This document shows positions 25,669-43,589 of a stretch of DNA of 54,122 nucleotides, in pieces. Positions within the stretch are counted from its first letter, which is position 1, and every line of letters begins with the position of its first letter. The position numbers and the translations under genes are program-made. The notes under the pieces are model-generated. The model was not told the origin of the DNA. It did not search any database and saw only the letters and a program-made list of their open reading frames with translations. The DNA is taken from the NCBI GenBank assembly GCA_018398765.1, contig JAHBMJ010000192.1:1-54122 (forward strand). Direction: 5' to 3'. Source of the DNA: Chromera velia (lineage: Eukaryota).

Positions 25669-26277
25669 AATTAATTGATTGATTGATTCATTGATTGGTT
25701 CTGTTCTAGGCTTTCCCAGCAAAGTTCCTGCTAGTGACCAGGTTTACTAGCAGGTTTGATAACTTCGATTGAATAGATTTGGATTTGATTTGATTTGAAG
25801 TTAAGGCTCTAGATTTACAAATCTAGGCGGATTTGAGGTTGGATTTGAGGTTTAACTTCACAGGTTCCTTAGGGATATCATAGAAAAAAAAAGTAAATAA
25901 CTCTCTTTGTCAGGTATTTTTTTTTTCTTTTTTTTTTTGTCTAAAACAACTGTTGTCTAGTTGTTACACGGGTGTTGTACTGTAACTTGCACATGCAAGT
26001 GTTGCAAGGTGTTGCAAAAAAAAAAAAAGAGTAGATAACTCATTTTTTCAGAGACTTTTTTTTTTTTTGCTGTGACATGCCTAGCATACACAGTAGCGTT
26101 AGTTGTAATGTAGGAATAGAGGAACAATCTGAATAGTTATGGTAAAATTAGTTTAAAAAAAAACGCAACTTCACGTTTTCTTAAAATGGGTCTATATCTT
26201 ATATTAAAAACGTAACTTTAAGATTTTAAGGCCTATAGTTCCCTCCGCTCGGAGGGATCCGAGGGAAGAGGGCCCGG

Positions 26278-26509
26278 GAAGATGAAGATGAAAAAGAAAA
26301 AGAAGAAGAAGAAGAAGAAGAAAAAGAAGAAAAAAAAGAAGAAGAAGAAGAAGAAGAAGAAGAAAAAGAAAAAGAAAAAGAAGAAGAACTTCAAGAAGAA
26401 GAAGAAAAAGAAGAAGAAGAAGAAGAAGAAGAAGAAAAAGAAGAAGAAGAAGAAGAAGAAGAAGAAGAAGAAGAAGAAAAAGAAGAAGATTTTGAAGAAG
26501 AAGATGAAG
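26278..26509. repeat. (AAG)n/(CTT)n trinucleotide tract
   Basis: ~230 bp of imperfect AAG repeats. Confidence 0.95.
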
Positions 26510-27200
26510 TTATGGAGGGCCATATACAAGGCTGGAGTGGTAGCTGCAGCTGCAGAGATTGATATCACAAAAATGCACCGCTATTAGCTCCACCCGTGCC
26601 ACCCGTTCAACAACTACCAGTAAGTTTATAGACATAATAAAGTGGCCAAGCTCCTGACCAAAAGCCATTCCATCCCTTCTTTCTTGGCTTGAGAGGGAAG
26701 CCTAGCTCTAGGCCTAGCTTTGAAAGGCTCTATCTCCGAAGATCCCAGACCCTCCCCTAGAACCTGGAAGAGGGAGAGGGGGAGGAGCTGGGCCATCAAG
26801 AGGCATATCATTACTATAATACAATTTTAGCAAAATTCCTGAGCAAATGTTTAAGCTTCAAATAAATCGAATGAGCCCTCAATTATTACATCATACAGCC
26901 TATATACAGTTACACAACTGTAAGAACCGTTACGATTGTATGATTAGGCTCTGTTAAACTTAAACATTATATGAACAACGATTGCCACATCAAATTTATA
27001 TTTCCAAATTAGTTATGAATCAGTTTACAATCAGTTGATGCAACTTCATAGTTAACGCTTGTTGTTCAGGTGTTTTCCTACCTACCTAAGGATAACTTTG
27101 CATACATTATGCCCTTAACCATAATATTTACATTTCAGCTTATATTATGCACCACATAAAACGTAACATGGCCCTTCGGGCCATGTATGTGTAAATTATA

Positions 27201-28585
27201 ATGTAATAAAGTTATATTAGTTACGGCTAATGCCACTATGTAGCCTTCGACAGATACACCTGCGCGATTCCAACAACGGAAAGAGTCCGCCTCAAAGTTT
27301 GGGCGGTCCTCCCAATCCAGTGCTCCAGCCTCTAAAGAAAGACCCGCTGCTAAAAGCTGATATCTGAGGCTTCAAAGAGCCTCTGACTCCGGAGATCTAG
27401 GGGGGTGGAGATTTGTCATCTGCAAGCAAGCAGACATGAAAGAATCATAAGTAAATAAGCGAACAGAGACAGGGAAAGCGAGTATATGAATGAAAGGCGG
27501 TTGGGCGTTTGTAGAGATAGGGAGGGCAAGTATGTGAACGAAAGGCAATAATTGGGTTTGTGTGTGAGCAGACAGAGACAGGGAGAGCGAGTATGGGAAC
27601 GAAAGGCGAGTGGATCTTTCTGTATAATTATAATTAAGTGGACAGAGACAGGGATGGCAAGTGTGTGAATGGAAGTCGATTGGGTGGCAATTTAGGCCTG
27701 TGCGATGTCGAGGCAAACGGGGGGGGCAGAGTAGAGGAAGAGGTGCAGGTATAAGAAGAAGAGGCAGGGGAAGAAAGGCCCAGAGACCCACCGCCTTCAG
27801 AGAGAAGAGGGAAGAAAAGAGGGAGACGCAGCGTAGAAGAAGAAGGCTCTCCAAAAAGAGCCGTGATTCATGTTTTCCCCCCCCCTGCCCCAGCCTCTGC
27901 TAGTATTCGGTCCCCTCAGGTGCTGGTCGCTCCGGCTTCTTTTTACAGCCGCGGTGCAGCAGCCGCATCCACCCCTTCCTCTTTCCGTCCGAGACCACCT
28001 AGCCACACTACGCGGGGAGCTCGAGGAGGCAATGTTCTTCTTGCTCCTCCCCCCTCAGCAAACTGGGCAGGGGCTGCATAAGTACAGAGCCGTAGGCTTA
28101 CTATCTCCTCATTTTTCAGAAAGAAGTAAACTTTTTCCATCTCTTACTTTGATCGCTCTCTAATGACAGTCAAGGCTTGATATACAAAGAAGCAGAACAG
28201 TGAGCGATAAAGCAAAGTCAAAAAAGAGAGTAGTTGTTGGACAGACGCTATCATAGAGCTGTTAGAACTTTTTGCTACTTATAGGAGTGAAGCAGTTAAA
28301 AATTTATATAATTTTAATATTTTTTTAATTTTTTTGTGTGTGTAAGTAGGCTTTTTAAATGCCAATAAACACTTAAAAACATGTTTTTGAAGGTTAGCGC
28401 CGCAGGCGAAATTTTTTTGGGGGAACCCTAATTTTTATCATTTTTTTTGTTGGTAAAAGGAAGGCAGACTGAGGCCATTACCGGTTACCGGCAATTGCCG
28501 GTAGACTAGACCTGTTACCAACCAGAAAAGTAACCCTGTATGTAATAAAGCTATATTAGTTACAGCTAATGCCATTATGTAGCCT
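27201..28585 (+). repeat. 46-bp direct repeat pair (27201-27246 and 28540-28585)
   Basis: ATGTAATAAAGYTATATTAGTTACRGCTAATGCCAYTATGTAGCCT, with 3 mismatches, all transitions. Confidence 0.9.
27247..28140 (-). pseudogene. Possible captured host gene fragment (two exons plus intron) inside the hAT-like element
   Basis: GC-rich coding-like frame interrupted by TAA/TGA. Donor AAGGCG|GTGGGT near 27792, a pyrimidine-rich intron, acceptor TTGCAG|ATG near 27420, and a downstream frame with one TGA. Confidence 0.45.
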
Positions 28586-31456
28586 AGCAGGTTCTCTAAT
28601 ATACGAGCTTTCCCAGTTTTTACTAATAATAAGTTGAACTCACAATTTTAGGTTTTTGACTGTTTAAGAAGAAATGATTCAATTTGAAACAACTTTGAAG
28701 CATTTTTTTAAAAAGAATGGTAGAATACTTTATTTTGTCTAGATATGTTTTTCTTTGTTATGTTAAAGTCGCTTTTCTAATAATGAAAACGGAGGGTCTC
28801 AGACTGGGAGGCGGAGCTCCCCAGGGCACAGATTTGAGGTTAAAAGTCAGATTTGAGGCAAAATTAATAGGGGTGTCAAAGCAAGCCCCATCAAACCGGC
28901 AGATTTGATTTGAAGTTAAGCCTGACCTCAAATCAAATCAAATCAAATCAAACCTGGTCACTAGTTCCCGCTGTGTTTATCTTATTTGGATTTAAGTTTT
29001 TAATTAAAAGAGAAACAAGGAAAGGGGATTAATTTACATAAATTTAATATAATCAAATACACAGGTAATGCCCAGTAGGATATTATATCTGGAAGTAACA
29101 ATTTTTTTTCTGATTGTGTAAGTTTAAAGTTTGAAACCAATCTTTTTTCCCCACTCAAGAACACAATAAATATAAATTAAGGAGGGTCTTAGGTAGTCTT
29201 AGGTGGTCTTGCAGGAATGCAAAACTGCATGTGCTAGAACAAACAAAGGTCATCTCTTCAATATAACTCTAGAAGAACTCTCGCAAATGTAAAGTGCTTC
29301 AATAATTTTTAGTCAGGTCTCTGCAGTAAATGGGCCGGTAATAATCTGTTGTTCAGAAAATTTTATACTCTGGTTAAGTTCACGATGCCTGAAGACCAGA
29401 GAAAATTAATTGCTAGAGCAGTGTAGAGCAGTGAAAGCAAAACTTTACATAACATGAATTAGAGCAGCATTAAGCAGTATCCACTTGCATCGATCGGAAG
29501 TGTACGAAACTATCGTCAAAACATAATAAAACAGGAGGCCAAGAGAGTAGAAGAAATCTGAAATGCCGCTAGCGTCTGCAGGAGAGCTGGCGGCTGTACA
29601 AGCATGTATAAACCCTCATACAGGAAGGCGACTGGGCCTAAAAAGCCTAGATTTGAATTAATTTGAATCCAAAACCGACCAAAAATTGATTCGACGTAGC
29701 CTTCGGACATATATGTATGGAACCATTATATATATATATATATATATATATATTTAAAAAATAAATTTTAACATGCATAGTCTTTGTCAAGTAAGCCTTT
29801 TGTCTAATACTTAATCACTTAGTGTTCACCATCGTCGTAAGGAGCCTGAATTGCTGTGACCCCCCAGCAGTGCTGAATGAAGTCAGTACCTCCCTGAACC
29901 TAAGATCCACTTGAATGGTGGGGTCGAGTACGAGCTCACTAAACGCAGGTGCAAGCCCATAAAATGTGCAGATTAAGCAATTTTACTGATTCTAATTCAG
30001 AAGATGAATAAATAGAGATGTTATATATGACCGTATACTGGTATCGAGCTATACATGATGTAATTTAGGAGATAATATTGATATTGTATGATTATGTATG
30101 ATGATATATACGAAACCTAGGCATGAATAGTATTTTAAAAGCAATATATCGATTTATTTATACGTTATTATTTTTCATTTTTTTTTTAATATTCTTTGAA
30201 TGAGATTTGCTAGGCCGCAAATTTGGATAGACTTGATTGGCCGCGCCGCAGGCGTGGACGATCTTGATATTTTTTTTTTAAGTGGACATTAGGTTCAGGG
30301 AGGTCGAAGCCAAGCTCTCTCGAACGGCCATTTTTAGCACCGCGGCTGCGCCGTGGTTCCCTCCAGGCCCCTCCGCGGCGGCGCCCCCTCCTATTTGGGA
30401 CATGGCCCCATATACCGTTAAAACGGTTTTTTCTGTGCACCGCATGCGCCACAAAATTTTTTTTAAGGTGTTTCAATGATAAATTTGATCAATTGCTGAT
30501 CAATTTGGTTCAACTTACCTCAGAAAAGGTAAAGACCGGAACAATCACGCCGCGGTTCCCCTCTTTCTTCAAGGTTTTACAACCGCAGCGCGCTGCGGTG
30601 CACCCTTCGGGCGCTCTGCGGCGCTTGGTGCCGCTCTGCGGCACCGTGGCGTTTGACCATAAATGCCGTGGTGTCTGGAAAGCCTGAATGAAGCTTCCCC
30701 CTTTTGAGCTTTTGTCTTCTTAGCTTTCTCTCCCCTCTGATCTATTACGCTGAAGCTCTGCTGACTACAAGTTGCATTCGAGCCTTGATTGCTCCTGCGA
30801 CCCTTGATCGAGTTGTGTTCGTTCTCTCTGCACTATATTAATAAAATTCTTTATTAAAAAAAGAAAAAGAAAAAGAAAAAAAAAGTTTACCCTGCCTTTG
30901 CTCTCATCGAAGGATTCTGGAAATTTCCGGAATTTAGGCACATCATGCCGCCGCACATGCACTGCATTGCAGTGCTTGTGGGGCACTTAAACTCTAGCTT
31001 TTCCGTCTCCATGGTCTCCATGCAGTGAAAAAATGTGAAAAATAGTGAAAATCAGTCTCTGGAACGTTCTGGAACGAAAAGTCTTCTTCAAATCAGTGCT
31101 TGTACGGTATTGTACGGTCGTTTTGGAAATCACCGATCAATCTCCGACATTGTCCAACGATGTCATATGTCACTCCGGTCCTCGGTCTTCAACACAGAAT
31201 AAGCCGCACTTTTCATTGAAGTCCTTCAAACTTGGCTGTTTGATCTCTGATACACACCTAGCCGCCTCTTTCAACTTGTACCAGAAAAATCGATCTATAG
31301 ACACGCTCGGTGCTTTTAGAACCTCAAAGTGTGAATCTGCAGATCAGTTTCTTTGAGTTCTCTCTTTCTCTACGAGGAGCACTTTTTTGTATCCTTTGTG
31401 TTTTCTCGACCTAGCTCCCCAAAGTCGAAGAAGAAGACTGTCGGAAGAAAAAAAAT

Positions 31457-37338
<5,882 letters not shown>

Positions 37339-37568
37339 AACTGACTCTGTTGGGTCTCGTTCTGCGTACATTCAGCCAAGAGCGATAGACAAAAGGCAGT
37401 GGCGGACCAAAGGTAGGAGTGGCGCGTTTCGGGCTGGTCATTGGCTGACGGATTTCGATGGTATCTGATTGGTTGAACCCCTTTGTGCACCTTAAGTCTT
37501 TTTTTGTAGCATTTATTTAAAATTGGTGGTACTTGCTCCACCGTTTCTTCCGTTTCTGCATTGTACAC

Positions 37569-37796
37569 TATAAGGAATTCACGTGTCAGAACAGAGTTCG
37601 GGGAGGAGAGGATGAGCGAATGCGCCTCTCCTTGAATAAGTCAATGTGGATCGATCAGTTTCTCCTACACGGTGCATGCACAGTTTGTAGTGTTGCAGAT
37701 TTGCACAGCTTGTAGCGCGCTGAGCCTGGGCCGAAGTCCCTGGGACCGCGGCCGTGAAAGGCCGGCGTCAATCGACCCCGGACGCAATCTCCAACA
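37569..37796 (-). repeat. 3' LTR of Copia element (228 bp)
   Basis: Direct repeat of 43350-43589; preceded on the minus strand by the PPT-like AGGGGG. Confidence 0.93.
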
Positions 37797-37797
37797 A

Positions 37798-40700
37798 TCA
37801 CCCCCTGACTCGAACATTCACAGGAGAGTCACCTCTTTTCTTAGCTTTTGATCGACATGTCTTTGCGAAATCTACCATTCCTCTCTTCACATGCCCTTCC
37901 TTCTTCGCTTCAACGTGAGGTGCTTGACTCCCTCTCTCCTTTTCCAACTTGTACTTTGTGTGTCTGTCTGTCCGCTGCCGATCAGTAGAAACCCAAAGCA
38001 CCCACGCCTTCAACGCTCTCAGCTCCTGCTGTACATACTTCAACAATCCATCCATCCGAGGCTCTCACTTCGAATATCCACTCTCCAATTGCTCCATGAG
38101 AGGAGCGCTGTCTGTATAAATCTCTACCTCTAGCGGCTTCATCCACAACGCCTCTGCAAGACGCTTCCATTAAAAAGATTGTTTCACACCATCTACAAGC
38201 GCATAAAGCTCTGCAGAGCTCGAAGAAATCAGCTTCCTTTTGATTCATTTGCTCTTCCATGTCACCAGATTCGTTCTTCTCATTCCCTCAATCTTTTCCT
38301 TCTTGTCAACCAAGTAAGCCTCAAAGCCCCCTCTTCCTTCACAACGGGAAAGAGAATACGCAGCATCCACAATCAAAGCAAACTTCGGATCAATCACACC
38401 CTCAAAGCGCAAACTGTTGTTCTTTTCATGAGTTCTGATGAGGGCAAGCAAAGCAGCAACAAGCTTCAAACCAGTCGGGCGGGAACCATAATGAGACAAC
38501 TCACTGAAAACAAAAGTAAGATCGGCAGACGTCCGACACACCCAACCAAACATACCCATTACTTTCATCATCACCGCAACTAGGTCTTCTTCTTTCTCTT
38601 CTTCCCTCTCTTCATTCAGCATCTTAGGGGAAAGAGACTTGCGAGGCAAATCGTCCTAGCAAATCGTCTGTCTGAACAGGAATGGACTTCAAGTATGCCT
38701 CCTGGCTGATCTCAAACCCGCTTTCATTCTTTCTCACCTCCAAACCCGTGTAGCCCATTTCATGGTAATTTTCACCCCCCGCAGAGAGATTTTTTAGCTC
38801 ATCCATTTTCAAACGCTGTCTCAAAGGTTCAAAGTTACGAGCAGGGTTGGCAGAGAAAATGAGCAAATCATCAATGTGAATAGCCATCACTGCTTTTACC
38901 TTCTTTTCTTCATCCTTCAATACAAAGATACTCTCAATGATTTCCTCCCATCCTTCTTCTGCTGCAATCCGTTTGAAATGCTTTCCATACAAACAAGGGG
39001 CATCTTTCAATCTATACATGGCTCTCTCTAGCTGACCGATAACTTCAGGTACGAATCCTTCTGGGGAACCCGTCGGGACGCGTCCTGGCAGCTGCACAAA
39101 CACCTTATCATGAATAGATGCAGTCAGAAACGCAGTGCGCATATCTGACTTACCGATCGTCCACCCCTGACTGGATGTAAACGTAAAGCAAACCAAAAGA
39201 GCTCACTAAGCAGCTGTCCCACTGTACGTCTCAACGTTCTTTTGGTCATCTTAAAATCTTTTACACACAAGACCGGCTTTCAGCTTTCTCTCTTTCTCTT
39301 TCATCTTCCATGTCAGCACACATCTGGTTTTTATTGCTGTTCTGTTCTGTGGTATTCTTACTCCGTTTATTTTTAACACTTTATTCTCCTCAAAGCTTTT
39401 CAATTCCCCTCGCATCACTTCATCAAAGAGGCCTTTCTCTACCTCCTCTTCCTTTGCATCAATGTGCCCCTTCTTTGGGTTCACGTGCTTCATCATCTGG
39501 TTGACTACTTTTTTATCCACCACAAGTCTCTGTGGCGCCTTCCTAAATCCATTTTCTTCTCTCTTCACTTTCTTCTTTTCACCCTCTTTACTATCATCCT
39601 GTGCTCCTTGCACCCTCTTCCCTTCCTGTGCTTCCTGTATTTTCTTATCATCCTGTGCTTCCTGCACTCCCTCCGTTTCTCTGCTGTCTTACTGCTCTCC
39701 TTCACGTGCAAGAAAGCTAGCCAAGGCTGCGGCCCCCCCAGACTCCCCAAGCAAGTTGAGGCCAAACAACGAATCGTCATCTGGAATGTCTGGCGGGACG
39801 ACTTTTCCTTCTCCCTCTTTCTCTACTGGCTGCGCTGCCTGAACAGGTTCGCGACCCTGCCCTGACTGCTTTTCCTTTTCCTCTCCACTCCCCACCTCCT
39901 GCTGCTGACCTCGCAACTCCAGGTGGCCTGCCTGAAGTTACGAGCCTGCTGCAAATGGAGGAGGAAAAAGGACAGGTGCAGAAACAGAAAACACAGACTC
40001 TCCCACAATATGATCTAGCTGCCTGACAGCCGTTGACGAAACAGAATCGGGAAAGATTGCTTGCGACTTGGAGGAGGAGGAGACAATACCTTCAGGGTCC
40101 GTACCCCCTGCAGCAAGAACATCAACTTCTCTGTCTTCTTCGACATTGAAATCGGAAAAACAATCAACATCGTCAGCAGGTGCAGCTGCTGACTCAGACA
40201 CTCCATTCAAAAAGTCAGAAGACACATTCAAACCATACCATTCAATCAAAGACACAGCACTCGGATGCACACGCAAAGGTCTCCATCCCTTCCCACTGTC
40301 TGTCTTCACAAGAACACACACGACAGAGTCGCTTTTGACTCCAGCAAAGAACCCTTCCTTTCCCCTGATAGGCACAGCAGAAGAGGGAATCGGACGAGGG
40401 TCAGTCACAAGAACACGATCACCAACAGAGATGGGGGAAATGGGATGAGCAACCTCAACACCAAACACAGATGCATTGGGCGACTTACCCATCGCAGATG
40501 AAACACATTCATTCAAAGAATCAATCACACCACTCAACAACCACTTCGTACAATATTTCGACAAATTCAAGTCCGCAAGCAACTTCCAAAGCAATCTTTT
40601 CACTGTACGATTCATTTTCTCTACTTGCGCTTAAGACTGGGGAGTGTAGATGCTTCCTTTCTTATGAAAGATGGACTCTTGTCACACACATGCTCGTACT

Positions 40701-43305
40701 GTCCCTTCTTTTCACCCACAAATTCTCTTCCGTTGTCAGTGCAAACCATTGCAGGCTTTCCTTTCACTTTCAGCTTCTTACCCAGTCTCTCCCATCTTCT
40801 TACCCATGCAGTCAGATGTCTTACTGCCTTCCCTTTTGAAGGCAGAACCATGCCAGAAACAAAACGAGTTGCAGCATCGATAATCAAAGACAGAGGGGTA
40901 CCACAAGATAAAAACATGATATCCTGATAAATGATTTCATTGAATTCCTTTGCTTGCACGCCTTCCTGGCTCTTCTGGGGAATACGATGCATCACAGCAT
41001 TCACATGCTTGCACTGTCTACACACATGCCTCACTTGATCACACGCCTCTCTGCTCATACGCGACACAATGCCTTTCTCTTTCATTGTTTCATACAGTCG
41101 CACACCAGTCGCATGCCCAAATCTCTTATGCCACATCAAAACCTCCCTTTCACTCATCTGACTTTCAGAAGGGAAGCTCACCCTCCACGATCGATGCGCA
41201 TCTAACCGAATGGGCGGTCGCTCCTGCGGGGCCCCCTTCTAACCTCCGTGCTGCAAAAACGCCCACTCACGTGCAAGAGGTCTATCCTTCCTATTTATGT
41301 TCAAACACACACGAAGGGGGCCACGCTTCACTGCCGGACTCTTTGACTGCACCTCCCCATGCACACTCAAAACCAGAATGCCTTCCTCCTCTTTCACACG
41401 CGCACGAAAACTGCCACCCCCTTTTTCAGGGAGCTTCACCCAGAATGGCTCACGCACTTTCTGTAAGCGGAGACCATGCACACTCACAAGAGAGACTGGC
41501 ACAGACCGAGAGAAAGCTCCATTCAAACGTGCCGTCCTCCTACCTCCATCCACACACTCGACTCCAGGGAGGTCCACAGTCACATCGCTCGCTGCTCGTG
41601 CGACGTCTCCTTCAACCCCCACAAACTCACTGTCCGTCTCCCTCACCTCAATCACACAGGACTCGACGTCTCTGCCGAAGAAATGCCGGCTGTATCCAGA
41701 ATCAACCACCGGCTTCTTCACTATCCATTTCATTCCACCCCCTCTCGCTCCACCTGCACGCCCCATAGCGTGTGGTTGCAGTTTTGTCACATCCTGCCCA
41801 GGACGGCTCTCCCCCTCTTCTTCAGCAAGCAACGCAAAGCGATTGGAAACCCACATACTGGGGGAATGCGCTGCACTCTGCACCCCCGAGTGTGCTCATC
41901 TCCCTCCCTGTTCCCCAGAGGAGGATGAGGAAGACTGCTGCTGCTGGCTTCTGTTGGAATCTTGGCTGAGGGGAGGGGGAACCCAAGCCTTAGGGTGAGG
42001 CTCGATTCTGGGCTGCCCCGCACGCTTGCGCGCACAGTTCTTCTCGAAGTGGGTCGTGTCCTGGCACCACCAGCACCTCTTTGGTCCCTACGGCTGCTGC
42101 TGCTGCTGCTGCTGTTGAAGGGGAGACTACTGGGAGGAGCGCTGACCATTCTGTCTGTTCCCCTGATTTCTGAATCCACCAGATCCCCGACCCCGTCTCT
42201 GCTGGCCTCTGAAGGCTCTCTCTCTGCCCCCACTCTGCCTCTGTCTCGCCTTGATCTCTGCATCTTAATCAAAGGACGCAAACCACTCGAGCTCCTTCTT
42301 CAGAGTGGCATAGTCAATCTGTCTGAGATCCAGCTGCCCCCCCAATCCGGGAAGTTTCGATCTGAGGGAGTTGACGAGCTTCATACGTTGGTTGTCCATG
42401 AGGGCGTTAACGATCATGATGACCTTAGCACGATCTTCGATCTCCCACTCCGCGTCGTCGGAATTAAGGAGGAGATCCTCGAGTCTCTGGTCGATCTTCA
42501 CGAACGACAGCACCACACCGCTTGGGATGACGACACGACCGTTCTGATCATGGTGGTCGAGGACTCTGAGCCATGGGAAAACCTGCACACACTCCTGCAC
42601 AACTAGCTGCATCGCCAGCAGGGTCGAGGAATACTCCTGCTTCATCTTCTCTACAATATTCTCAGGGTTCACCCGCTTCCGTCTCCATCTCCTTACATCT
42701 CTCCTGAAGGCCTGAGCATCACTTCCTGCTTTGTTCAGCGCGACGATGATATTGGATCTCCACTCCTCTGTCGAGCGGAAGTGCTTCCTCTGCAGGTGCA
42801 CATTGGAGAACTCCCCCCACTGCGACGCAAAGTCGATAATCTCCTTCTTTCTAGCGAATTTCGGGCAGGCGGTCAGGTCCACTTTCTTCGACTGTTTTGA
42901 CTTCTTCTTACGAGCAAAACCCACTCTCTGAGCTGCAGAGTGGCGGGAAGACGCATCGGAAGATCCACTCACATCTGATGAATTAGAGTCGGAAGGGGAC
43001 GGGTCCTTGTCCGAGAAGAAAGCCACAGCATCGAAGGGCTTTCGGATTTTTTGAGCCTGAACGGCTCCAGGCGCAAACAGAGAAACAGGGGCAATTCTTT
43101 CTTTCTTCTCCGCCACTGCGGCACTGGTTCGACTGGGTGGAATCCATCTGTCTAATGAGTCTTCTACTCTCTCTTCCCGCTGGCCTGGAGGCGCAGCATC
43201 TCTTCGATCGAACTCTGCACTGAGTCTGGATACTTCAGCGCTGATCGGTTCAAGGGCGTCATTGAGTAAGCCCCTGAAAAAGCTTTTCATGTCTTTAAAG
43301 TTCAT
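37798..43305 (-). pseudogene. Disrupted gag-pol of the Copia element
   Basis: ORF pieces 42265-43305 (gag), 41239-41883 (PR), 40621-41181 and 39938-40615 (IN), 38624-39667 (RT), 37798-38649 (RT end/RNase H), separated by stops and frameshifts. Confidence 0.88.
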
Positions 43306-43349
43306 CTTAATAATAAAGTAGTAATAAATCAGAGACTAACACACTGATC

Positions 43350-43589
43350 TATAAGGAATTCACGTGTTAGAACAGAGTTCGGAGAGAAGAGGATAAACGA
43401 ATACACCTCTCCTTGCTAGTCTTCATGAATAAGTCAATGTGGATCGATTAGTTTCTCCTACACGGTGTATGCACAGTTTGTAGTGTTGCAGATTTGTATA
43501 GCTTGTAGTGCACTGAGCCTGGGCCGAAGTCCCTGGGACCGCGGCCATGAAAGGTCGGCGTCAATCGACCTCGGACGCAATCTCCAACA
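43350..43589 (-). repeat. 5' LTR of Copia element (240 bp)
   Basis: Matches the 3' LTR with 16 substitutions and a 12-bp indel (CTAGTCTTCATG). Confidence 0.93.

Larger units (their letters stand above)
25732..28963. mobile_element. Non-autonomous hAT-like DNA transposon with internal cargo
   Basis: 14-bp TIR TAGTGACCAGGTTT (25732) / AAACCTGGTCACTA (ends 28963). 8-bp TSD GTTCCTGC (25724-25731) / GTTCCCGC (28964-28971). Subterminal GATTT/AAATC repeats at both ends. No transposase ORF. Confidence 0.8.
37569..43589 (-). mobile_element. Full-length decayed Ty1/Copia LTR retrotransposon with 5-bp TSD TACAC
   Basis: Two LTRs; TSD at 37564-37568 and 43590-43594. Order: gag with CCHC (CWWCQDTTHFEKNC), protease (VVDSG), integrase (WHKRFGH...CRQC, TDNGREF), RT (DMRTAFL, IHIDDLL), RNase H. 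Confidence 0.95.

Noticed and set aside
26233..26587. Poly-Lys and poly-Phe ORFs
   Set aside because: Translations of the (AAG)n tract; no evidence of coding function.
28972..30200. AT-rich region as a decayed transposase
   Set aside because: The frame I tried gave no recognisable motifs.
25707..30686. Possible outer TIR pair TAGGCTTTCC / GGAAAGCCTG enclosing the hAT element
   Set aside because: Only 9-10 bp match and no TSD was found; it cannot be supported without other copies.
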